DNA of 6,595 nucleotides from Escherichia coli (GTDB lineage Bacteria; Pseudomonadota; Gammaproteobacteria; Enterobacterales; Enterobacteriaceae): NCBI RefSeq assembly GCF_003334815.1, contig NZ_QOWO01000068.1; one strand, 5' to 3'. Shown piece by piece: positions 1 to 6,509 of this stretch (position 1 is its first letter; each line of letters starts with the position of its first letter). The notes under the pieces were generated by a model. It saw only the letters and a program-made list of their open reading frames with translations, ran no database searches and was not told where the DNA came from. The position numbers and the translations under genes were made by a program.

Positions 1-43
1 ACTACAGGGCGAAGCAGGCCTGGCAAGGTCAGCTATGCCTTAG
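1..43 (+). CDS. 3' end of a Tn3-family (Tn21-subgroup-like) transposase gene, partial; only the last 13 codons are in the window
   Basis: Frame 2-43 reads LQGEAGLARSAMP then stop TAG at 41-43. The stop lies inside the CTTAG inner end of the 38-bp terminal repeat at 39-76, the arrangement typical of Tn3-family tnpA 3' ends. Too short for independent protein-level confirmation. Confidence 0.35.
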   Translation, partial: LQGEAGLARSAMP

Positions 44-76
44 CGTGCTTTATTTTCCGTTTTCTGAGGTGCCCCC
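39..76. repeat. 38-bp terminal inverted repeat of a Tn21-subgroup (Tn3-family) transposon; inner end CTTAG at left, outer end CCCC at 76
   Basis: Sequence CTTAGCGTGCTTTATTTTCCGTTTTCTGAGGTGCCCCC; reverse complement GGGGGCACCTCAGAAAACGGAAAATAAAGCACGCTAAG has the GGGG...ACGCTAAG layout of Tn21/Tn501/Tn1721-family 38-bp IRs. It matches the IR at 6472-6509 at 28 of 38 positions in the same orientation. Confidence 0.7.
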
Positions 77-224
77 TAATTGAGCATTTCCAGGCGCTTG
101 CGCCTGGTCAACGAAAGAGTCAGCGCCGTAGGCGCTGCCATTTTTGGGGTGAGGCCGTTCGCGGCCGAGGGGCGCAGCCCCTGGGGGGATGGGAGGCCCG
201 CGTTAGCGGGCCGGGAGGGTTCGA

Positions 225-245
225 GAAGGGGGGGCACCCCCCTTC
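225..245. repeat. Perfect hairpin palindrome in the oriV GC-rich region (9-bp stem GAAGGGGGG / CCCCCCTTC, 3-nt loop)
   Basis: Read directly: GAAGGGGGG gca CCCCCCTTC. Confidence 0.6.
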
Positions 246-248
246 GGC

Positions 249-266
249 GTGCGCGGTCACGCGCAC
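249..266. repeat. Second GC-rich hairpin palindrome in oriV (7-bp stem GTGCGCG / CGCGCAC, 4-nt loop)
   Basis: Read directly: GTGCGCG gtca CGCGCAC. Confidence 0.55.
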
Positions 267-279
267 AGGGCGCAGCCCT

Positions 280-340
280 GGTTAAAAACAAGGTTTATAA
301 ATATTGGTTTAAAAGCAGGTTAAAAGACAGGTTAGCGGTG
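280..340. other. oriV AT-rich region (probable DNA unwinding element) with phased GGTT-AAAA repeats
   Basis: Local AT-rich island in an otherwise GC-rich window. GGTT motifs start at 280, 292, 306, 318 and 330 (spacing 12-14 bp), each followed by an A/T run. Confidence 0.7.
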
Positions 341-394
341 GCCGAAAAACGGGCGGAAACCCTTGCAAATGCTGGATTTTCTGCCTGTGGACAG

Positions 395-500
395 CCCCTC
401 AAATGTCAATAGGTGCGCCCCTCATCTGTCAGCACTCTGCCCCTCAAGTGTCAAGGATCGCGCCCCTCATCTGTCAGTAGTCGCGCCCCTCAAGTGTCAA
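395..500 (+). repeat. Cluster of five direct oriV iterons (TrfA binding sites)
   Basis: Cores at 395-409 (CCCCTCAAATGTCAA), 418-432 (CCCCTCATCTGTCAG), 440-454 (CCCCTCAAGTGTCAA), 463-477 (CCCCTCATCTGTCAG) and 486-500 (CCCCTCAAGTGTCAA). Start-to-start spacing is 22-23 bp, about two helical turns. Confidence 0.9.
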
Positions 501-511
501 TACCGCAGGGC

Positions 512-550
512 ACTTATCCCCAGGCTTGTCCACATCATCTGTGGGAAACT
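512..550. promoter_or_regulatory. Putative DnaA-box cluster of oriV
   Basis: TTATCCCCA at 514-522 and TTGTCCACA at 526-534, each one mismatch from the DnaA box consensus TTATCCACA; a weaker inverted TGTGGGAAA follows at about 540-548. A further candidate GTATCCACA lies at 716-724. Confidence 0.5.
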
Positions 551-622
551 CGCGTAAAATCAGGCGTTTTCGCCGATTTGCGAGGCTGGCCAGCTCCACG
601 TCGCCGGCCGAAATCGAGCCTG

Positions 623-693
623 CCCCTCATCTGTCAACGCCGCGCCGGGTGAGTCGGCCCCTCAAGTGTCAACGTCCGCCCCTCATCTGTCAG
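623..693 (+). repeat. Group of three direct oriV iterons
   Basis: Cores at 623-637 (CCCCTCATCTGTCAA), 658-672 (CCCCTCAAGTGTCAA) and 679-693 (CCCCTCATCTGTCAG). Confidence 0.85.
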
Positions 694-954
694 TGAGGGC
701 CAAGTTTTCCGCGAGGTATCCACAACGCCGGCGGCCGCGGTGTCTCGCACACGGCTTCGACGGCGTTTCTGGCGCGTTTGCAGGGCCATAGACGGCCGCC
801 AGCCCAGCGGCGAGGGCAACCAGCCCGGTGAGCGTCGGAAAGGCGCTGGAAGCCCCGTAGCGACGCGGAGAGGGGCGAGACAAGCCAAGGGCGCAGGCTC
901 GATGCGCAGCACGACATAGCCGGTTCTCGCAAGGACGAGAATTTCCCTGCGGTG

Positions 955-969
955 CCCCTCAAGTGTCAA
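955..969 (+). repeat. Isolated single oriV iterons copy
   Basis: CCCCTCAAGTGTCAA at 955-969, same orientation as the other eight copies, about 260 bp from the three-iteron group. Confidence 0.8.
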
Positions 970-1319
970 TGAAAGTTTCCAACGCGAGCCATTCGCGAGA
1001 GCCTTGAGTCCACGCTAGATCTATCTCATCTGCGCAAGGCAGAACGTGAAGACGGCCGCCCTGGACCTCGCCCGCGAGCGCCAGGCGCACGAGGCCGGCG
1101 CGCGGACCCGCGCCACGGCCCACGAGCGGACGCCGCAGCAGGAGCGCCAGAAGGCCGCCAGAGAGGCCGAGCGCGGCCGTGAGGCTTGGACGCTAGGGCA
1201 GGGCATGAAAAAGCCCGTAGCGGGCTGCTACGGGCGTCTGACGCGGTGGAAAGGGGGAGGGGATGTTGTCTACATGGCTCTGCTGTAGTGAGTGGGTTGC
1301 GCTCCGGCAGCGGTCCTGA

Positions 1320-1970
1320 TCAATCGTCACCCTTTCTCGGTCCTTCAACGTTCCTGACAACGAGCCTCCTTTTCGCCAATCCATCGACAATCACCGCGAG
1401 TCCCTGCTCGAACGCTGCGTCCGGACCGGCTTCGTCGAAGGCGTCTATCGCGGCCCGCAACAGCGGCGAGAGCGGAGCCTGTTCAACGGTGCCGCCGCGC
1501 TCGCCGGCATCGCTGTCGCCGGCCTGCTCCTCAAGCACGGCCCCAACAGTGAAGTAGCTGATTGTCATCAGCGCATTGACGGCGTCCCCGGCCGAAAAAC
1601 CCGCCTCGCAGAGGAAGCGAAGCTGCGCGTCGGCCGTTTCCATCTGCGGTGCGCCCGGTCGCGTGCCGGCATGGATGCGCGCGCCATCGCGGTAGGCGAG
1701 CAGCGCCTGCCTGAAGCTGCGGGCATTCCCGATCAGAAATGAGCGCCAGTCGTCGTCGGCTCTCGGCACCGAATGCGTATGATTCTCCGCCAGCATGGCT
1801 TCGGCCAGTGCGTCGAGCAGCGCCCGCTTGTTCCTGAAGTGCCAGTAAAGCGCCGGCTGCTGAACCCCCAACCGTTCCGCCAGTTTGCGTGTCGTCAGAC
1901 CGTCTACGCCGACCTCGTTCAACAGGTCCAGGGCGGCACGGATCACTGTATTCGGCTGCAACTTTGTCAT
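1320..1970 (-). CDS. tetR: Tetracycline repressor TetR, class A (216 aa)
   Basis: Minus-strand ORF; from the internal Met the protein reads MTKLQPNTVIRAALDLLNEVGVDGLTTRKLAERLGVQQPALYWHF..., with the TetR-family N-terminal helix-turn-helix, and ends ...VEGPRKGDD. It is divergent from tetA with the tet operators between them. The track start at 1997 adds nine residues and runs into the operator; ATG at 1970 gives the expected 216 aa. Confidence 0.93.
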   Translation of the reverse strand: MTKLQPNTVIRAALDLLNEVGVDGLTTRKLAERLGVQQPALYWHFRNKRALLDALAEAMLAENHTHSVPRADDDWRSFLIGNARSFRQALLAYRDGARIHAGTRPGAPQMETADAQLRFLCEAGFSAGDAVNALMTISYFTVGAVLEEQAGDSDAGERGGTVEQAPLSPLLRAAIDAFDEAGPDAAFEQGLAVIVDGLAKRRLVVRNVEGPRKGDD

Positions 1971-1972
1971 GC

Positions 1973-2000
1973 TTGACACTTTATCACTGATAAACATAAT
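1973..2000 (+). promoter_or_regulatory. Candidate tetA promoter (-35 TTGACA 1973-1978, -10 CATAAT 1995-2000, 16-bp spacer) overlapping operator O1
   Basis: Consensus-like hexamers read directly from the sequence. The transcription start is not determinable from sequence alone. Confidence 0.5.
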
Positions 2001-2028
2001 ATGTCCACCAACTTATCAGTGATAAAGA
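1978..2028. promoter_or_regulatory. Two palindromic tet operators (tetO1, tetO2) in the tetR-tetA intergenic region
   Basis: ACTTTATCACTGATAAACA at 1978-1996 and CAACTTATCAGTGATAAAGA at about 2009-2028. Both contain the inverted core TTATCA-C/G-TGATAA typical of TetR operators. Confidence 0.85.
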
Positions 2029-2075
2029 ATCCGCGCGTTCAATCGGACCAGCGGAGGCTGGTCCGGAGGCCAGAC

Positions 2076-3275
2076 GTGAAACCCAACAGACCCCTGATCG
2101 TAATTCTGAGCACTGTCGCGCTCGACGCTGTCGGCATCGGCCTGATTATGCCGGTGCTGCCGGGCCTCCTGCGCGATCTGGTTCACTCGAACGACGTCAC
2201 CGCCCACTATGGCATTCTGCTGGCGCTGTATGCGTTGATGCAATTTGCCTGCGCACCTGTGCTGGGCGCGCTGTCGGATCGTTTCGGGCGGCGGCCGGTC
2301 TTGCTCGTCTCGCTGGCCGGCGCTGCTGTCGACTACGCCATCATGGCGACGGCGCCTTTCCTTTGGGTTCTCTATATCGGGCGGATCGTGGCCGGCATCA
2401 CCGGGGCGACTGGGGCGGTAGCCGGCGCTTATATTGCCGATATCACTGATGGCGATGAGCGCGCGCGGCACTTCGGCTTCATGAGCGCCTGTTTCGGGTT
2501 CGGGATGGTCGCGGGACCTGTGCTCGGTGGGCTGATGGGCGGTTTCTCCCCCCACGCTCCGTTCTTCGCCGCGGCAGCCTTGAACGGCCTCAATTTCCTG
2601 ACGGGCTGTTTCCTTTTGCCGGAGTCGCACAAAGGCGAACGCCGGCCGTTACGCCGGGAGGCTCTCAACCCGCTCGCTTCGTTCCGGTGGGCCCGGGGCA
2701 TGACCGTCGTCGCCGCCCTGATGGCGGTCTTCTTCATCATGCAACTTGTCGGACAGGTGCCGGCCGCGCTTTGGGTCATTTTCGGCGAGGATCGCTTTCA
2801 CTGGGACGCGACCACGATCGGCATTTCGCTTGCCGCATTTGGCATTCTGCATTCACTCGCCCAGGCAATGATCACCGGCCCTGTAGCCGCCCGGCTCGGC
2901 GAAAGGCGGGCACTCATGCTCGGAATGATTGCCGACGGCACAGGCTACATCCTGCTTGCCTTCGCGACACGGGGATGGATGGCGTTCCCGATCATGGTCC
3001 TGCTTGCTTCGGGTGGCATCGGAATGCCGGCGCTGCAAGCAATGTTGTCCAGGCAGGTGGATGAGGAACGTCAGGGGCAGCTGCAAGGCTCACTGGCGGC
3101 GCTCACCAGCCTGACCTCGATCGTCGGACCCCTCCTCTTCACGGCGATCTATGCGGCTTCTATAACAACGTGGAACGGGTGGGCATGGATTGCAGGCGCT
3201 GCCCTCTACTTGCTCTGCCTGCCGGCGCTGCGTCGCGGGCTTTGGAGCGGCGCAGGGCAACGAGCCGATCGCTGA
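2076..3275 (+). CDS. tetA: Tetracycline efflux MFS transporter TetA, class A (399 aa, GTG start)
   Basis: Protein from the GTG reads MKPNRPLIVILSTVALDAVGIGLIMPVLPGLL..., the TetA(A) N-terminus, with multiple hydrophobic segments throughout. GGAGG at 2065-2069 lies 6 nt upstream of the GTG. The track's in-frame ATG at 2001 sits inside the operator region and would add 25 residues. Confidence 0.93.
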   Translation: MKPNRPLIVILSTVALDAVGIGLIMPVLPGLLRDLVHSNDVTAHYGILLALYALMQFACAPVLGALSDRFGRRPVLLVSLAGAAVDYAIMATAPFLWVLYIGRIVAGITGATGAVAGAYIADITDGDERARHFGFMSACFGFGMVAGPVLGGLMGGFSPHAPFFAAAALNGLNFLTGCFLLPESHKGERRPLRREALNPLASFRWARGMTVVAALMAVFFIMQLVGQVPAALWVIFGEDRFHWDATTIGISLAAFGILHSLAQAMITGPVAARLGERRALMLGMIADGTGYILLAFATRGWMAFPIMVLLASGGIGMPALQAMLSRQVDEERQGQLQGSLAALTSLTSIVGPLLFTAIYAASITTWNGWAWIAGAALYLLCLPALRRGLWSGAGQRADR

Positions 3276-3306
3276 TCGTGGAAACGATAGGCCTATGCCA
3301 TGCGGG

Positions 3307-4191
3307 TCAAGGCGACTTCCGGCAAGCTATACGCGCCCTAGGAGTGCGGTTGGAACGTTGGCCCAGCCAGATACTCCCGATCACGAGCAGGACGCCGATG
3401 ATTTGAAGCGCACTCAGCGTCTGATCCAAGAACAACCATCCTAGCAACACGGCGGTCCCCGGGCTGAGAAAGCCCAGTAAGGAAACAACTGTAGGTTCGA
3501 GTCGCGAGATCCCCCGGAACCAAAGGAAGTAGGTTAAACCCGCTCCGATCAGGCCGAGCCACGCCAGGCCGAGAACATTGGTTCCTGTAGGCATCGGGAT
3601 TGGCGGATCAAACACTAAAGCTACTGGAACGAGCAGAAGTCCTCCGGCCGCCAGTTGCCAGGCGGTAAAGGTGAGCAGAGGCACGGGAGGTTGCCACTTG
3701 CGGGTCAGCACGGTTCCGAACGCCATGGAAACCGCCCCCGCCAGGCCCGCTGCGACGCCGACAGGATCTAGCGCTGCGTTTGGTGTCAACACCAACAGCG
3801 CCACGCCCGCAGTTCCGCAAATAGCCCCCAGGACCGCCATCAATCGTATCGGGCTACCTAGCAGAGCGGCAGAGATGAACACGACCATCAGCGGCTGCAC
3901 AGCGCCTACCGTCGCCGCGACCCCGCCCGGCAGGCGGTAGACCGAAATAAACAACAAGCTCCAGAATAGCGAAATATTAAGTGCGCCGAGGATGAAGATG
4001 CGCATCCACCAGATTCCCGTTGGAATCTGTCGGACGATCATCACGAGCAATAAACCCGCCGGCAACGCCCGCAGCATCGCGACCGTCATCGGTGAGAAGT
4101 TCGGCAGGTATTGGGTGGTGACAATGTAGGTGCTGCCCCAAATGGCAGGTGCTATCGCTGTGAACAATAAATCGGGCGTGCGTAATGACAT
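3307..4191 (-). CDS. pecM: EamA/DMT-family (drug/metabolite transporter) membrane protein, PecM-like (294 aa)
   Basis: Highly hydrophobic 294-aa protein with about 10 predicted membrane-spanning segments, consistent with the two-EamA-domain architecture. Convergent with tetA (31-bp gap), the known position of pecM in Tn1721-type tet(A) modules. GGAGG lies 12 nt upstream of the ATG at 4191-4189. Confidence 0.85.
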   Translation of the reverse strand: MSLRTPDLLFTAIAPAIWGSTYIVTTQYLPNFSPMTVAMLRALPAGLLLVMIVRQIPTGIWWMRIFILGALNISLFWSLLFISVYRLPGGVAATVGAVQPLMVVFISAALLGSPIRLMAVLGAICGTAGVALLVLTPNAALDPVGVAAGLAGAVSMAFGTVLTRKWQPPVPLLTFTAWQLAAGGLLLVPVALVFDPPIPMPTGTNVLGLAWLGLIGAGLTYFLWFRGISRLEPTVVSLLGFLSPGTAVLLGWLFLDQTLSALQIIGVLLVIGSIWLGQRSNRTPRARIACRKSP

Positions 4192-4328
4192 GCGATTACA
4201 AGACCTCCGCTACGGCGATGGGTTTTTGAGAGTTGCAGGCGCCGCGATGACCGCACCCTGACTTGGACTGGCCCTGCCTCGCACCAATCCACCTGCGGCT
4301 ATGGCCGCGATCATGCGAGGCCCGAAAA

Positions 4329-4736
4329 TTACACGACCTGTACACGTCCGCCGAACCCGGAACGCAACAGAGCTTCGTGGGCATCCCGATCCGGGTCGTA
4401 GCAGCAGTCCTGGACCAAACGCACGTCGTAGTCCGCATCACTAGCCCAGGCGACGCTTGAAAGAACAACGCCGGTGGTGCTTATCCCGGCCATGACAAGC
4501 GTGCTTACGCCGCGCGTCCGAAGGTCGGCGTCGAGCGCCGTGCCATAAAAGACGCTGGCTCGCGGACATGCATAGAAAAGGTCGCCCCGTTCGATCGCAA
4601 GCCCTTCGACGGGCAGACCGGTGCGAAATCGTCCGCTCGGGAGATACGGTGAGATTTGGCGATTCGTCGCCGGCGGCGCATGTTCATACTCTTCGCCGAG
4701 CGAAAAGTTGGGGAACAGCACGGGCCGGCCGCGCAA
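4329..4736 (-). pseudogene. Isochorismatase-family (cysteine-hydrolase superfamily) gene remnant, 5'-truncated; encodes only the C-terminal ~135 aa
   Basis: Translation contains FYGTALDADLRTRGVSTLVMAGISTTGVVLSSVAWASDADYDVRLVQDCCYDPDRDAHEALL, matching the conserved C-terminal core of isochorismatase-like hydrolases. The N-terminal third of such a protein is absent and the 5' end overlaps the tnpA' fragment. The Met at 4736 is probably fortuitous. Confidence 0.5.
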
Positions 4737-6476
4737 GGCGTGCTGGCAGCCGTGCAGACCCTGCGTGAGATGAACGCCGACAACCTGCGCAAGGTGCCGG
4801 CCGATGCACCCACGGCCTTCATCAAGCCGCGCTGGAAGCCGCTGGTGATCACCCCGGAAGGCCTCGACCGGAAATTCTACGAAATCTGCGCCCTGTCCGA
4901 GCTGAAGAACGCCCTGCGCTCCGGCGACATCTGGGTCAAGGGCTCGCGGCAGTTCCGCGACTTCGACGACTACCTGCTGCCGGCCGAGAAGTTCGCCGCA
5001 CTCAAGCGCGAGCAGGCCCTGCCCCTGGCGATCAACCCGAACAGCGACCAGTACCTGGAAGAGCGTTTGCAGCTGCTGGACGAGCAGTTGGCCACCGTCA
5101 CCCGCCTGGCCAAGGACAACGAGCTGCCCGATGCCATCCTCACCGAGTCAGGGCTGAAAATCACCCCGCTGGATGCGGCGGTGCCGGATCGGGCGCAGGC
5201 GCTGATCGACCAAACCAGCCAGTTACTGCCGCGCATCAAGATCACCGAACTGCTGATGGACGTGGACGACTGGACGGGCTTCAGCCGCCACTTCACCCAC
5301 TTGAAGGACGGGGCCGAGGCCAAAGACAGGACGTTGCTGCTGTCCGCAATCCTCGGTGATGCGATCAACCTCGGGCTGACCAAGATGGCCGAGTCGAGCC
5401 CCGGCCTGACCTACGCCAAGCTGTCCTGGCTGCAAGCCTGGCACATCCGCGACGAAACCTATTCGGCGGCCTTGGCCGAGCTGGTCAACCACCAGTATCG
5501 CCACGCCTTTGCCGCCCACTGGGGCGACGGCACGACCTCATCCTCCGATGGCCAGCGCTTCCGCGCGGGTGGCCGGGGCGAGAGCACCGGGCACGTCAAC
5601 CCGAAGTACGGTAGCGAGCCGGGACGGCTGTTCTATACCCATATCTCCGACCAGTACGCGCCGTTCAGCACCCGCGTGGTGAATGTCGGCGTCCGCGATT
5701 CCACCTATGTGCTCGACGGCCTGCTGTACCACGAGTCCGACCTGCGGATCGAGGAGCACTACACCGACACGGCCGGCTTCACCGATCACGTCTTTGCCCT
5801 GATGCACCTGCTAGGCTTCCGCTTCGCGCCGCGCATCCGCGACCTCGGCGAAACCAAGCTGTACGTGCCGCAGGGCGTGCAAGCCTACCCGACGTTGCGC
5901 CCGCTGATCGGCGGCACCCTGAACATCAAGCACGTGCGTGCCCACTGGGACGACATCCTGCGCCTGGCCAGCTCGATCAAGCAGGGCACCGTCACCGCCT
6001 CGCTGATGCTGCGCAAGCTCGGCAGCTACCCGCGCCAGAACGGACTGGCCGTGGCCCTGCGCGAGCTGGGCCGGATCGAGCGCACGCTGTTCATCCTGGA
6101 CTGGCTGCAAAGTGTTGAACTGCGCCGCCGCGTGCATGCCGGCCTGAACAAAGGTGAGGCGCGCAACTCGCTGGCCAGGGCGGTGTTCTTCAACCGCCTT
6201 GGGGAAATCAGGGATCGGAGCTTCGAGCAGCAGCGCTACCGGGCCAGCGGCCTCAACCTGGTGACGGCGGCTATCGTGCTGTGGAACACGGTGTACCTGG
6301 AACGCGCCACCCAGGGGTTGGTCGAGGCCGGCAAGCCGGTGGACGGCGAGCTGCTGCAATTCCTGTCGCCGCTGGGCTGGGAGCACATCAACCTAACCGG
6401 CGATTACGTCTGGCGGCAGAGCCGCAGACTGGAAGACGGGAAGTTTCGGCCCTTACGGATGCCCGGAAAACCTTAG
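4656..6476 (+). CDS. tnpA: Tn3-family (Tn1721/Tn21-subgroup) transposase, 5'-truncated (tnpA'); C-terminal ~600 aa including the catalytic region
   Basis: 606-aa ORF with Tn3-family TnpA C-terminal motifs (...[33 protein letters not shown]...[41 protein letters not shown]...WNTVY...). Its stop TAG at 6474-6476 is embedded in the 38-bp terminal IR. Full-length family members are about 990 aa, so the N-terminal DNA-binding portion is missing. The true 5' homology boundary lies somewhere near 4656-4750. Confidence 0.85.
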   Translation: MAIRRRRRMFILFAERKVGEQHGPAAQGVLAAVQTLREMNADNLRKVPADAPTAFIKPRWKPLVITPEGLDRKFYEICALSELKNALRSGDIWVKGSRQFRDFDDYLLPAEKFAALKREQALPLAINPNSDQYLEERLQLLDEQLATVTRLAKDNELPDAILTESGLKITPLDAAVPDRAQALIDQTSQLLPRIKITELLMDVDDWTGFSRHFTHLKDGAEAKDRTLLLSAILGDAINLGLTKMAESSPGLTYAKLSWLQAWHIRDETYSAALAELVNHQYRHAFAAHWGDGTTSSSDGQRFRAGGRGESTGHVNPKYGSEPGRLFYTHISDQYAPFSTRVVNVGVRDSTYVLDGLLYHESDLRIEEHYTDTAGFTDHVFALMHLLGFRFAPRIRDLGETKLYVPQGVQAYPTLRPLIGGTLNIKHVRAHWDDILRLASSIKQGTVTASLMLRKLGSYPRQNGLAVALRELGRIERTLFILDWLQSVELRRRVHAGLNKGEARNSLARAVFFNRLGEIRDRSFEQQRYRASGLNLVTAAIVLWNTVYLERATQGLVEAGKPVDGELLQFLSPLGWEHINLTGDYVWRQSRRLEDGKFRPLRMPGKP

Positions 6477-6509
6477 CGTACGATTTTTTCCGAATTCTGC
6501 GGGCTCCCC
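6472..6509. repeat. 38-bp terminal inverted repeat of the Tn1721-type element (outer end at 6509), containing an EcoRI site
   Basis: CTTAGCGTACGATTTTTTCCGAATTCTGCGGGCTCCCC; reverse complement GGGGAGCCCGCAGAATTCGGAAAAAATCGTACGCTAAG. It overlaps the tnpA' stop codon, and GAATTC inside the IR is a recognised Tn1721 hallmark. Confidence 0.85.

Larger units (their letters stand above)
77..1000. other. oriV: IncP-alpha (RK2/RP4-type) vegetative replication origin oriV: GC-rich region, AT-rich region, iterons and DnaA boxes
   Basis: Nine direct copies of the TrfA-binding iteron core CCCCTCA-NN-TGTCA in the characteristic 5+3+1 arrangement, an adjacent AT-rich segment and GC-rich palindromes. The sequence is recognised from memory as the RK2 oriV widely used in vectors. 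Outer boundaries are approximate. Confidence 0.9.
1320..6509. mobile_element. Tn1721-type tet(A) resistance module remnant (tetR, tetA, pecM, hydrolase remnant, tnpA', right-hand IR); left boundary undefined, no matching left IR in the window
   Basis: Gene content and order match the tet arm of Tn1721-like transposons as also present next to oriV in RK2/RP4-type plasmids. Only one terminus (6472-6509) is present. Confidence 0.7.

Noticed and set aside
395-693. Regularly spaced direct repeats that might be read as a CRISPR array
   Set aside because: The repeats are 15-17 bp with only 6-8 bp between them and match the TrfA iteron consensus of IncP oriV. CRISPR repeats are 24-48 bp with spacers of similar length. 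No cas genes are present.
76-969. ORFs across oriV (76-291 minus, 80-412 plus, 363-557 plus, 413-652 plus, 634-969 minus, 683-883 minus, 690-962 minus)
   Set aside because: They overlap iterons, DnaA boxes and palindromes, lack ribosome-binding sites and have low-complexity Arg/Pro/Ala-rich translations typical of random reading frames in GC-rich DNA.
1186-1997. Plus-strand ORFs 1186-1557 and 1773-1976, and the extended tetR start at 1997
   Set aside because: Both plus-strand ORFs are antisense to the well-supported tetR. The 1997 start adds nine residues (MFISDKVSS) and places the start codon inside the operator region; ATG at 1970 gives the canonical 216-aa TetR.
2001-2075. ATG at 2001 as the tetA start (424-aa product)
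   Set aside because: It lies within the operator/promoter interval and has no ribosome-binding site. GTG 2076 has GGAGG at optimal spacing and yields the canonical N-terminus.
2016-3114. ORFs overlapping tetA (2016-2630 minus, 2429-2779 minus, 2649-2852 minus, 2687-3064 plus, 2853-3086 minus, 2929-3114 plus)
   Set aside because: Antisense or out-of-frame relative to tetA, with Arg/Pro-rich low-complexity translations. Artefacts of high GC content.
3170-3940. ORFs overlapping pecM (3170-3406 plus, 3190-3444 plus, 3338-3562 minus, 3578-3940 plus, 3608-3820 minus)
   Set aside because: Antisense or out-of-frame to the hydrophobic EamA-family ORF. No independent support.
4196-4852. ORFs 4196-4468 minus, 4263-4460 plus, 4505-4852 minus and 4568-4768 plus
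   Set aside because: They overlap the isochorismatase-family remnant or the tnpA' 5' region in other frames or strands, with no recognisable motifs or ribosome-binding sites.
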